From: an uncultured delta proteobacterium
GTDB lineage: Bacteria; Desulfobacterota; Desulfomonilia; UBA1062
DNA: 64,000 bases
Assembly (NCBI GenBank): GCA_963785235.1
Contig: CAWAUM010000002.1
Coordinates: forward strand, 64,001 to 128,000
Direction of reading: 5' to 3'
Shown here: one piece after another, positions 10,303 to 20,527 of the stretch
Numbering within the stretch: the stretch's first letter is position 1
Layout of the letters: the number at the start of each line of letters is the position of its first letter
Made by a program: the position numbers and the translations under genes
The notes under the pieces: model-generated
Told to the model about the DNA's origin: nothing
The model's database searches: none
What the model saw: only the letters and a program-made list of their open reading frames with translations

Positions 10303-11793
10303 ATGGGGAAATTTCCGGAATACGACCACTATGATGCCCTGGGCCTGGCTGAACTCATCAGAAAAAAGGAGGTAACACCCGGGGAGCTCTGCGAGGAGGC
10401 TATTGAGCGCATCGAGCGGATCAACCCGAAGATCAATGCGGTAATCCACTCCATGTTCGACATCGCCCGGAGTGCGGCCTCAGGAAATCTTCCGGACGGT
10501 CCGTTTACCGGCGTGCCCTTCCTTCTCAAGGACCTGCTTACATCCTATGCCGGGGTCCCTCTTACCATGGGGAGTAAGGCCTACAGGAACTACATCCCTG
10601 CCCGAGACAGCGAGCTGATGAAACGCTACAAGGCCGCGGGAGTCTTAATCCTGGGCAAGACCAATACCCCTGAATTCGGGCTCATGGGAATTACCGAACC
10701 CGAATTGTACGGTCCTACCCGTAACCCCTGGAATCTTAACGTTACGCCGGGTGGCTCCAGTGGCGGCTCGTGTGCGGCAGTTGCAAGCGGCATGGTGCCG
10801 TTTGCCTCCGGTGGTGATGGCGGCGGCTCCATCCGCATCCCCGCATCATACTGCGGACTTTTCGGGATGAAACCGTCCCGCGGTCGTAATCCCACCGGAC
10901 CCGAATACGGCCAGATATGGCAGGGCGCTGCTGTTGAGCACGTGCTCACCCGCTCAGTGAGGGACAGTGCCGCTATGATGGATGCCGTAAACGGTCCGGA
11001 TGCCGGGGCTCCCTATATCATCCCAAGTCCGGAGCGCCCATATCTCGAAGAGGTGGCCCGTGAACCAGGCCCTTTGAAAATTGCCTTCACGAAAAAATCC
11101 CCTCTGAATACCGGGGTACACCCTGAATGTCAAAAGGCAGTGGAAAATGCCGCGGCTCTCCTGACAAACCTGGGGCACCATGTTGACGAGGCAGAGCCTG
11201 ATATAGACGGCATTGCCCTGGCCAAGAGCTATTTCACCATGTACTACGGCGAGATTGCAGCTGATATAGAAGACCTCAATAAAGTGCTGGGGAGAAAAGC
11301 GAAACCCTCGGATGTGGAAGGCCCCACCTGGGCACTCAAACTGCTCGGCGATGCATTCACTGCAGGGGAATTTGTGCATGCAATACGGCAGTGGAACACC
11401 TTTGCCAGGCAGATGGGCCTCTTTTATCAGAAATATGATCTCTATCTCACCCCCACCACCGCCTTCCCGCCTGTGAGAATCGGGGAATTGAAACCAAAAC
11501 CCATAGAAGAACGGCTCATGAAAATTACCAATACCTTCAACCTGGGCAAAATCATAAGGCTTTCAGGGATTGCCGACAAGCTCGCCATTGAGAGCCTGGC
11601 CAAGACACCCTACACGCAGCTTGCCAATATCACCGGCCTTCCCGCCATGTCGGTGCCGCTTCACTGGACTGCGGACGGTCTGCCCTGCGGGGTTCAGTTC
11701 ATTGCACCCTTCGGTGATGAGGCAACCCTCTTCAGACTGGCAGGCCAGCTGGAAAAGGCCCAGCCGTGGTTTGACAGGAGACCTGCTCTATAG
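10303..11793 (+). CDS. Amidase signature family protein
   Basis: GVPFLLKD, GKTNTPEFG, PGGSSGGS, GGDGGGSIRIPA (Ser-cisSer-Lys triad). GGGAG RBS. Confidence 0.93.
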   Translation: MGKFPEYDHYDALGLAELIRKKEVTPGELCEEAIERIERINPKINAVIHSMFDIARSAASGNLPDGPFTGVPFLLKDLLTSYAGVPLTMGSKAYRNYIPARDSELMKRYKAAGVLILGKTNTPEFGLMGITEPELYGPTRNPWNLNVTPGGSSGGSCAAVASGMVPFASGGDGGGSIRIPASYCGLFGMKPSRGRNPTGPEYGQIWQGAAVEHVLTRSVRDSAAMMDAVNGPDAGAPYIIPSPERPYLEEVAREPGPLKIAFTKKSPLNTGVHPECQKAVENAAALLTNLGHHVDEAEPDIDGIALAKSYFTMYYGEIAADIEDLNKVLGRKAKPSDVEGPTWALKLLGDAFTAGEFVHAIRQWNTFARQMGLFYQKYDLYLTPTTAFPPVRIGELKPKPIEERLMKITNTFNLGKIIRLSGIADKLAIESLAKTPYTQLANITGLPAMSVPLHWTADGLPCGVQFIAPFGDEATLFRLAGQLEKAQPWFDRRPAL

Positions 11794-11890
11794 ACCCTTA
11801 ATGGATTGTCATACTTTTAGAAAATCGTTTATGATACTATCATGTTGACGGAATAGAATGAAATAAAACAAACAGGAGGATAGTGTCTTT

Positions 11891-13563
11891 ATGGAAAAAC
11901 CCTGGCATGCTCACTATGACTACAACGTCCCCACCAGCATCCGCTACCCCCGCATTCCTGCTCAAAGCCTCTTTCAGCTCCCTGTAGGGGCATTCCCGGA
12001 CAAGACCTGTGTAAACTTCTATGGCACCGAGTTGACTTTCTGGCAGATAAGAGAGCAGATGCTCCGCATGACGAACGCCCTGGGCAAACTCGGGGTGAAG
12101 AAGGGTGAAAGGGTGGGCATCCATCTGCCCAACTGCCCGCAGTTCCCCATCGCTTACCTCGCCACCTTGTCGCTGGGCGCCATTGTGGTGAACATGAATC
12201 CTCTCTATACCGCAAGCGAGCTCAAACACATTATGGAGATCACGGGGATGGAGACGGTTATCACCTTTGACATGGTGCTTCCCAACATCCGTGCCGGCTG
12301 GCAAAGGAACTGGGCCTCAAACGGATCATAGTGACCAGGGTGACGGACTACATCACCGGTTTCGGCGTGAGCACGGCCAAGGATCTGGACCTGAACAAGG
12401 AGGAGGGATGGCATCACTTCTCCGATCTCATCGAGGAAACCACTGAAACACGCCTGCCCCGCATCCCGTTCAGCCCCGATGACCCTGCCATGATCCAGTT
12501 CACCGGAGGGACAACAGGCGTGCCGAAAGGGGCGCTTCTGACACATGCAAATATCATTGCCGCCACGTTCCAGGCATCCATGTGGGGCAATCCCACCATC
12601 AGCATCGTGCCTCTGGAAAAACGAAACGTATTGAGCGTGCTCCCCTACTTCCATGTCTACGGCAATATCGTGGCCATGAACTGGTCATTCTTCAATTGCG
12701 CCACCCAGATCCTCATCCCGCGGTTCGACATTGAAGAAATCCTGGGCATCGTTGGAAAATTCGACAAGATAACATTCTTCCCGGCCGTGCCCACCATGAT
12801 CACCGCCATCATCAACCACCCCAAAGCCACAGAGCTGAACCTTGCCAAACGCCTGGGCCTGCTCAATTCCGGCGCGGCCCCCATGGCAGTGGAGCTCATC
12901 GAGAAGGTGAAGGACATGGGCATCTACTTCAGCGAGGGATTCGGCATGAGTGAATCCACTTCGCTGGGCATCAGCAACCCCATCTTGGGCATGAAGAAGG
13001 TGGGCAGCATCGGCATCCCCTTCCCGGACAACGATGTGAGGCTTGTTGACGTGGAGAACGGGACCGAGGACGTGAAGCCCGGGGACCCGGGCGAGATCAT
13101 CATGAAGGGCCCGCTCATCATGAAGGGGTACTGGAACAATCCGGAAGAGACCGCCGGCCAGCTCATAGACGGCTGGCTGCATACCGGCGACATCGCCATT
13201 GCGGACGAGGACGGCTATCTCTTCATCGTTGACCGCAAGAAAGACATGATCATTGCCGGCGGATTCAATATCTACCCCCGGGAGATCGACGAGGTGCTCT
13301 ATCAGCACCCCAAGATCGCAGAGGCGGCCTCGGTGGGTGTGCCGGACGAGTACCGGGGTGAGACCGTGAAGGCCTTTATCGTATTAAAGCCCGGACAGAC
13401 CGCCACGGATAAGGAGATCGTGGACTTCTGCAAGACCAAGCTTACGGCCTATAAGGTACCCAAGCATGTCGAGTTCAGGGAGTCCCTCCCGAAATCCGCT
13501 GTGGGAAAGATCCTGCGCAAGGTTCTCAAGGAGGAAGAGGTAAAGAAGCACAAGAAGCCTTAG
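11891..13563 (+). CDS. fadD: Long-chain fatty acid-CoA ligase, one frameshift near 12295
   Basis: QFTGGTTGVPKG, EGFGMSE, GWLHTGD, DRKKDMII, PKSAVGK. Confidence 0.88.
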
Positions 13564-13574
13564 TGTCAAGGTAT

Positions 13575-13620
13575 GAAAAAGAGAGCCGGGCAAACCCCTA
13601 AGGGCCGCCCGGCTCTTTCA
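13575..13620. terminator. Bidirectional intrinsic terminator between convergent genes
   Basis: AGAGCCGGGC...GCCCGGCTCT stem flanked by A-rich and T-rich runs. Confidence 0.75.
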
Positions 13621-13640
13621 TATTCCGGATTAATGTGATG

Positions 13641-15722
13641 CTACTTCTCTATTGCCAAAAAACCGTTCGGATGGAACTTCTTGCCGGTAACCTTCTCTGA
13701 GATTCCCTTGTAGTCCAGGTACGGGGTGATGCCGCCCATGAAGAAGGGCCAACCTGCACCCATGATCAGGCCGGTGTCCACATCCTTGGGGCTTGCAACC
13801 ACGCCTTCCTTGAGAATGTGATCGATCTCGAGGGCAACGCGCTCAAGCACAATCTGCCTGATCTGGTCATCCGTGAACTTCTTGGTTCCCTGCGGCCAGC
13901 CTGCCTTGATCTCGGGGTCGATGTCTATGCCCTTGTCAGTGAAGGTGAGCAGGCTCTTCTTGCCCTTTGCCACGAGGTTCTTGAGTCCCACGCTGACCGG
14001 GAACCGGTCGGGCCAGTACTTGTTGAGGGTCTCCTGCACGTGGAGCGCAATGGCAGGACCAACCAGCCCTGCCAGGGTGAACGGAGACATGGGGTAGCCC
14101 AGGTCGTGAATGGCGTTGTCCACCTGCATGAAGTCGGCGCCTTCGTCGATGCACTTGAAGATGCCGTCGTTCCAGGCCAGCAGGATCCTGTTGACCAGGA
14201 ACCCGCCCGCGTTCTTCACGAGGACCGGTGTCTTCTTGATCTTCTTGGCAATGTCGAATGCCGTTGCCAGGGTCACATCGGTGGTCTTTTCTGTCTTGAT
14301 GATCTCGACCAGGGGCAGCATGGCGATGGGGTTGAAGAAGTGGAAGCCGACCACGCGGCCAGGATCCTTCAGGTTCTTGCCCATCTCGAGTACGTCCAGC
14401 GACGAGGTGTTGGTGAGGAAGAGGCACTCGGGTTTGCACACTGCTTCGAGCTCGCCGAATATCTTCTGTTTGATGCCCATCTCTTCGAACACGCCTTCGA
14501 TAACGAAGTCGCAGTCCTGGAAGCCGTCATAGGTCACGGTGCCGGTGATGATCTCTTCACCCATCCACTTGGCATCGGCTGCGGAGAGTTTGCCCTTCTT
14601 TGCCGTCTTGGCAAGCTGGTCCCTGACATAGGCGAGGCCCTTGTCCACGAACTCCTGCTTGATGTCCTTCATGATGACCGGGCACTGATAGCGCTGTGCG
14701 AACAGCAGGGCCATCTGGGATGCCATGAGGCCTGCGCCGATGACGCCGATCTTGTTGATCTTGTTGCCTTTGACTTCCTTGGGCGGTCTGCCGGGGAGCT
14801 TCTTGGCGCGGCGCTGGGTGAGGTCGAAGGAGTAGAGGCCGCACTTGAACTGGTCGGACATGATCATGTCGGCCAAGACCTCGGTCTCCTGCTGGAAGCC
14901 TTCATCCCAGGACCAGCCTGCTGCGCCCCTGATGAGGTCGAGTGCCTTGTAAGGGGCAATGGCGCCTGAGTGGACGCGGCCCATGATCTGGGCCTTGGTG
15001 CTGTTGTAGAGATCGTCGCTCATCTTCGGGTCGACCTTCTTGCGGTCCACCTTCACCTCGCCGGTAATGATCCCCTCGAGGATCGCCAGCGACTGGCCGG
15101 TGAAGTCGTTCGGTGCAAGGAGGAAGTCCGCAAGGCCCATCTCGTAGGCCTTGATGGAATTGATCATCTTGTTCATGTTGAGCGGGTTCATGATGATGAG
15201 CTCAATGGCCTTTTCGGGACCGGCCAGCTTTGTCACGAGCTGCGTTCCGCCCCAGCCGGGAACGAGGCCAAGGAAACACTCGGGAAGCGCATAGTGGTCG
15301 CAGCCACCCGGACTCTTGGAGATGGTGCGGTAGTTGTGGTAGAGGCCCACTTCGCAACCGCCGCCCATGGTGGCGCCGTTGATGGCCGCCAGCGTCGGGA
15401 TCTTGAGGTCCATGATCCTTTTGAAGGACTTGTGGCCCATGACGCCGATATCAAGGACGTCTTTCCTCGTTGCGTTCGGGTCGACGCTCATGATGTCTGC
15501 ACCCACGTTGAAGATGAATGGCTTGCCGGTCAGCAGCCAGCCCTTTACATCCTTATCCTTTTCCACGATGTCCAGGACCTTGTTCAGAGACTCGAAAGCC
15601 TCGACTCCCCAGGTATTGGGGATATTGTAGGGCTGGCCGTTGTCCATCGTTACTATGGCGATTTTACCTGCCTTTTTCGAATCGAAGTAGTTTAGTTTGC
15701 ATTCTGTAATATATTTAGCCAT
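13641..15722 (-). CDS. Multifunctional enoyl-CoA hydratase / 3-hydroxyacyl-CoA dehydrogenase (FadB-type, ECH N-terminal)
   Basis: FNVGADI, ATMGGGCE, ALPECFLGLVPGWGG, then GAGLMASQ, TNTSSL, HFFNP. Confidence 0.92.
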   Translation of the reverse strand: MAKYITECKLNYFDSKKAGKIAIVTMDNGQPYNIPNTWGVEAFESLNKVLDIVEKDKDVKGWLLTGKPFIFNVGADIMSVDPNATRKDVLDIGVMGHKSFKRIMDLKIPTLAAINGATMGGGCEVGLYHNYRTISKSPGGCDHYALPECFLGLVPGWGGTQLVTKLAGPEKAIELIIMNPLNMNKMINSIKAYEMGLADFLLAPNDFTGQSLAILEGIITGEVKVDRKKVDPKMSDDLYNSTKAQIMGRVHSGAIAPYKALDLIRGAAGWSWDEGFQQETEVLADMIMSDQFKCGLYSFDLTQRRAKKLPGRPPKEVKGNKINKIGVIGAGLMASQMALLFAQRYQCPVIMKDIKQEFVDKGLAYVRDQLAKTAKKGKLSAADAKWMGEEIITGTVTYDGFQDCDFVIEGVFEEMGIKQKIFGELEAVCKPECLFLTNTSSLDVLEMGKNLKDPGRVVGFHFFNPIAMLPLVEIIKTEKTTDVTLATAFDIAKKIKKTPVLVKNAGGFLVNRILLAWNDGIFKCIDEGADFMQVDNAIHDLGYPMSPFTLAGLVGPAIALHVQETLNKYWPDRFPVSVGLKNLVAKGKKSLLTFTDKGIDIDPEIKAGWPQGTKKFTDDQIRQIVLERVALEIDHILKEGVVASPKDVDTGLIMGAGWPFFMGGITPYLDYKGISEKVTGKKFHPNGFLAIEK

Positions 15723-15734
15723 GGCATGAACCTC

Positions 15735-16945
15735 CTAGATCTTTTTCCCAACGACGTTTTCCCAAATGATAGACCCGCCCATGCCGAGACCGACGCACAT
15801 GGTGGTGAGCCCGTACTTGGCCTTCGGATTCATCTCGAAGTCCTGGGCGAGCTGCATGCTCAGGCGCACGCCGGAGCTGGCGAGCGGATGGCCCATGGCA
15901 ATGGTTCCGCCGTACGGGTTGAGCCGTGGGTCCACGGGGGTCTTCATGCCGAAGTGCTTCATGAAGCCGACTGCCTGGACGGCAAAGGCCTCGTTCAGCT
16001 CGATGATGTCGAGGTCTTCGAACTTCATGCCGAAATTCTTGAGAACCTTCTCGGTGGAAGGTACCGGACCCCATCCCATGATGGTCGGGTCCACGCCTAT
16101 GAAGGCGGCGCCTACGAACTTCATCTTGGGCTTGATTCCCAGCTCTTTGCACCTCTTGCCGGACATGAGGAGCGATACGCATGCGCCGTCGTTCAGACCG
16201 GATGCATTGGCGGGTGTTACATGGCCTTCTGCCTTGAACGGGAACCTCCTGAGGTTCTTGATGCTCTCCAGGGTGGTGCCGCGCTTGGCCTGCTCGTCAT
16301 TGTTGGCGACCTTCCACCCGGCGGGTGTGAGCACGGTCATATCCACGCAGTGCTTGTCGTAGTAGCCGGCATCCAGCGCCTTGAAGTATTTCTCAAGAAC
16401 ATGGAAGGAGTACTCATCTGCCTCTTCCTTGGTGACCGGCTGCTCGCCGTGCTCAGGGAGCCAGTCGTGAAGCTTCTCAGCGGTGTTGCCCATGTTGAAG
16501 TACTTGGGCGCAACCATCTTCTCGGTGACGATACGGGGATTCGGGTCCGCCCCTGCCCCCATGGGATGGTGAGCCATGTGCTCGACGCCGCCGGCGATGA
16601 TGATGTCCGCCACGCCTGACCTGATGAACGATGAGCCGATGGCCTGGCAGGTCATGCCGCCTGCGCACATCCGGTCAACGGAGAAACCGGCGACCGACTC
16701 GGGAAGACCGGAGGTGAACACCACGGTCCTGCCCATGGTGGTACCCTGGTCGCCCACCTGGGTCGTTGCGCCCCAGATACTGTCATCAACTTCGCCCCAA
16801 GGCACGGTTGGGTTCCTTTTCTGCAACTCCACAAGACCTTGGTGACCATGTCGTCGGCCCGTGTCGTCCAATAGTGTCCATCCGGCCTAGCTTTTCCGAA
16901 CCATGTACGACAGCCGTCTACAAAATAGGCATCTCTTAAATCCAT
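15735..16945 (-). CDS. 3-ketoacyl-CoA thiolase, one frameshift near 16835
   Basis: DRMCAGG, ELNEAFA, GHPLASSG, TMCVGLG motifs. AAGGAGG RBS upstream of 16945. Confidence 0.9.
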
Positions 16946-17257
16946 ACAGCCTCCTTAGTTAGTGTGTATACGTGACCGTTTCTCTTTCTGGATAGATGAT
17001 CATCAAGCACGGTGAGACCTTTTGCATCATTAGTTTATTCTAAAATACCCCCAGGAAGAGGCTTTGTCAACGAACTTCTGAATGATGGTTCATTTTTCAT
17101 AACTGTAGATCCAGGCAGCTTCTTTATTTTGCTGGTGGGGCTTAGTGATGTACTCTTCATTTTTGTCCGTATTGCCGGGTTTTAAAAACGATAGTATGGT
17201 GCCTATTGATTTGAAGTCACTTTTCATCAGAAATAAGAGCAGGGAGTAACCCTTTAC

Positions 17258-17452
17258 GTGACAGGTCAAAAGCCACAACCTAAAGAGATCAACTGTTTTT
17301 CCTGTCATCATTTCCATATTACCTATGATCGCAATTTTCCTTATGGATGCAGAGCGGCTGGTTTCAAATCGAGGCTGATGCCTTCACGGGAGATGTATGT
17401 TAACTCCGGATTGGAGTGCCTGCTCTTTAAGGAAAAAGAGAGAAAAAGATGA
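17258..17452 (+). CDS. Small four-Cys hypothetical protein (probably metal-binding)
   Basis: CFSCHHF.ITYD..FPYGC..AGFKS..MPS....SGLECLLF pattern, GTG start, 64 aa. Confidence 0.75.
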   Translation: MTGQKPQPKEINCFSCHHFHITYDRNFPYGCRAAGFKSRLMPSREMYVNSGLECLLFKEKERKR

Positions 17453-17476
17453 TACAATGAAGGTGAAAAAGCAACG

Positions 17477-19097
17477 CTAGAAAAGCCCGCTGATGGTGCC
17501 GTCCTCGTCCACGTCAATGGCCAGGGCAGCAGGCGTCTTGGGCAGACCGGGCATGGCCATGATCTTGCCCGTGTAGATCACTACGAAGCCGGCCCCGGCC
17601 GATACCCTCGCTGAGCTTACCGTGATGGTGAAGGGGTGTTTCGGGAAGCCCGGGACCTTGGGGTTGTCGGTGAGCGAGGACTGGGTCTTGGCGATGCACA
17701 CAGGGAGGTTGCCGTAGCCCATGTTCTCGATGTTTTTAATCTCTGCGGCCGCCTGGGTAGTGAACTCCACTTTGGAGGCACCGTAAACATTGGCAGCAAC
17801 GGTGCGCACCTTGTCGGTAATGGGTAGCGAGAGGTCGTAGAGCATGCGGAAGTCACCGGGCATCTCGCACGCCAGGGCCACCTGCTCTGCCAGCTCCAGG
17901 CCGCCTGCCCCGCCTGCCTCGCGGAAGTCCGTTATTACTGCGGTAGCACCAAGGGCCTCACATTGTCTCTTGAGCTCAGCCAGGTCTTCATCATTGTCGC
18001 TTAAGAACCGGTTGATGGAGATAACCGCGGGCACACCGAACTGGGAGAGCGTGTCCAGGTGCTTCCTTATATTATCTATCCCATGCAGGACAAAGGCCCT
18101 GTGTGTGACCACGAGCACTGCAGCTGAAGGGGTGATCCTGCCGGTGCGGCACTTGATGTGGAAGAACTTCTCGGCCCCCAGATCGGCCCCGAAGCCTGCC
18201 TCGGTTACCACATAGTCGGCGAGCTTGCGCGCCATCTTCGTTGCAACAATGGTGTTGCAGCCATGTGCGATGTTGGCGAACGGGCCCGCCGTGCACCAGC
18301 ACCGGGCAGCCCTCCACGGTCTGCACCAGGTTGGGGTTTATGGCGTGTTTCAACAGCGCCGTCATGGCGCCGCTGCACCCGACATCTTTGGCATAGACGG
18401 GCTTGCGCAGATAGTCATACCCTACGATGACCTTATTGATGCGCGTCTTGAGCTCTTTGAGGTTCTGTGCAAGGCACAAGATGGCCATGACCTCTGAGGC
18501 TGCGGTGATCTCGAAGCCGTCTTCTCGCATGACGCCATTGATGCCCTTGTCCTCAAGCCCCAAGATGATGCTGCGCAACGACCGGTCATTCATGTCGATG
18601 ACCCGTTTCCAGACCACATGGCGGGGGTTCATCTCCGGGGTATGCCTGTGGTGGAGGTGGTTGTCCACGACCGCGGCCAGCAAGTTGTGGGCAGATGTGA
18701 TGGCATGGAAGTCGCCGGTAAAGTGGAGATTGATGTCTTCCATGGGCAGTACCTGGGAATATCCGCCGCCCGCAGCCCCGCCCTTAAGCCCCATGCACGG
18801 GCCCAGCGAAGGCTCGCGGATGGCCATGATTGCCTTTTTGCCGATCTGATTCAGGGCCTGCCCCAGTCCGATAGTGGTGGTTGTCTTCCCTTCACCCATG
18901 GAGGTGGGCGACATGGCGGTCACCAGGATCACCTTGCCGTCCGGGGATTCCTGGTAACGGTCCATGACGGAGATGGGGATCTTGGCTACATACCTGCCGT
19001 AGGGGATCAGATCATCCCTGCTCAGTCCCAGGGATGCAGCGATCTCGGCAATGGGTTTGAGCTCTATGCCCTGGGCTATCTCAATATCGGATTTCAT
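17477..19097 (-). CDS. fhs: Formate--tetrahydrofolate ligase, one frameshift near 18285
   Basis: SDIEIAQ, GEGKTTT, KGGAAGGGYSQV, HGGP/FANIAHG across the break, TEAGFGADLGAEKF, MPGLPK. Confidence 0.95.
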
Positions 19098-19121
19098 GGC
19101 TTTGCCTGACAAACGCCTTTC

Positions 19122-20282
19122 CTATGAAAGCCTGGGGAACCCGAAGCTTCGAAGCAGGCCGGTAAGTGAATCCCTGCTCAGTGCGTGCTGGTTCACCAGG
19201 TCGAGGAGCACTTTCATGTTAAATGACAGGCGGATTCCAGGTGTTGTGGGATAGTCCATGTCCGTGTCCGAGATTATGGTGATGTCCTCCTCCTCGATGC
19301 GCTCTGCGCTCATGATGTTCGCAATGATCTTTGGCCGGTCCAGGGGTTGCATCAGGCCCATGGGCAGGTCGCCGACAATGGCCTGGGTATCGTCGTCGAC
19401 AGGGAGCTCGAACCCGTAGGCATAGTCGATGCCGATGCGCGACTTGATTGCATTGGTGAAGAAAGAGAAGCCGTTTGTAATGAGCCCGATCTTGTAGCCC
19501 AGGATCTTGAGCGTCTGCAAAAGCTCCAACGTACCCCGGGTGATCTCGATTGTATTCATGACCGTATCGATGACCGATAACGGCAGGCCTTCCAGCAGGC
19601 CTGCCGTTGCATGCATGTATGCAAGGTCGGTCTGCCCGGTAGTTGTTTTGTCAAGGGTTTCAGGCTTTATACCTGAGTGTTTCATGATCTCGCGCATGAA
19701 GGCGGCCTCCATGAAACTGTTTGCCATATCGAACATGACAATCTTCTTTTTCTTGTTGAACACGTCTTCGGTCTGGAACATGGTGTTGATCCGGATGGAG
19801 AGCATGGCCTCACGGATGGCTGCTTTCAGGTTTTCCGTGGGCAGGGCGCTCCTGCTCACGTCGCACAGGAGGTCCATGAGGAAGATGTTCTCGCGGGCCA
19901 CTACATCCGAGACCTCGATGTTGATGTTGTACGTGCCGAGCTTTTCGGTAATGGCCGCAATGATGCCCGACTTGTCTTTTCCCACCAGCGTGACCAGCAT
20001 GTTCTTCCTGTCCACACCCCGGGGGATGGGGGTGTATTTGTCGATGGAGAGCTTGATGCCCGTGTCGAGCGATATCTTCTCAACGAGGCCCCTGAATTCC
20101 TTGACCGGGATTGTGGCCTTGGCCAGGTCCACCACCAGGTAGATGGTGAAGAGCCCGTGCATCACATCCTGGCGCATGTCCACGATGTTGCCCTTGACCT
20201 GCGAAATGGGTGAGGTAATGGCCCCCACCAGCCCCACTGAATCCGCCCCGATTCCATAGACGATATAGAGCATGCTGTTCAT
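19122..20282 (-). CDS. ACT-ACT-HAD protein, SerB (phosphoserine phosphatase) architecture with a degenerate active site
   Basis: Two ACT starts (GADSVGLV, GKDKSGII). HAD domain has FDMANSF at motif I and ITNGF at motif II, and lacks GDGAND. Confidence 0.8.
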   Translation of the reverse strand: MNSMLYIVYGIGADSVGLVGAITSPISQVKGNIVDMRQDVMHGLFTIYLVVDLAKATIPVKEFRGLVEKISLDTGIKLSIDKYTPIPRGVDRKNMLVTLVGKDKSGIIAAITEKLGTYNINIEVSDVVARENIFLMDLLCDVSRSALPTENLKAAIREAMLSIRINTMFQTEDVFNKKKKIVMFDMANSFMEAAFMREIMKHSGIKPETLDKTTTGQTDLAYMHATAGLLEGLPLSVIDTVMNTIEITRGTLELLQTLKILGYKIGLITNGFSFFTNAIKSRIGIDYAYGFELPVDDDTQAIVGDLPMGLMQPLDRPKIIANIMSAERIEEEDITIISDTDMDYPTTPGIRLSFNMKVLLDLVNQHALSRDSLTGLLRSFGFPRLS

Positions 20283-20527
20283 AGACTTGCCCCTCACATT
20301 GGATGAATAGATTCTAAAAGAAAATCAATGGATATGGGTAGTAAAAAATGAAAGAGACTTGATAAAGGCTCCATCGGGGCAAGGTATTACCCGTAAGTTT
20401 ATCAGCAAAATGAAAGGGCTGCCCTTGAAAAAGGGTATTATCATTGCATAGTAGAAGTATGCACTTACCAAAGGCTTGGCATGCATGGAGATAGATGTAT
20501 AGTGTCGTCACTCCCTAAATAACAACT

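Noticed and set aside
18235-18300. Programmed frameshifting in fhs (also purL, prmC, recX, fadD)
   Set aside because: These genes are not known to be recoded and the breaks fall in or near conserved segments. Scattered single indels fit sequencing error.
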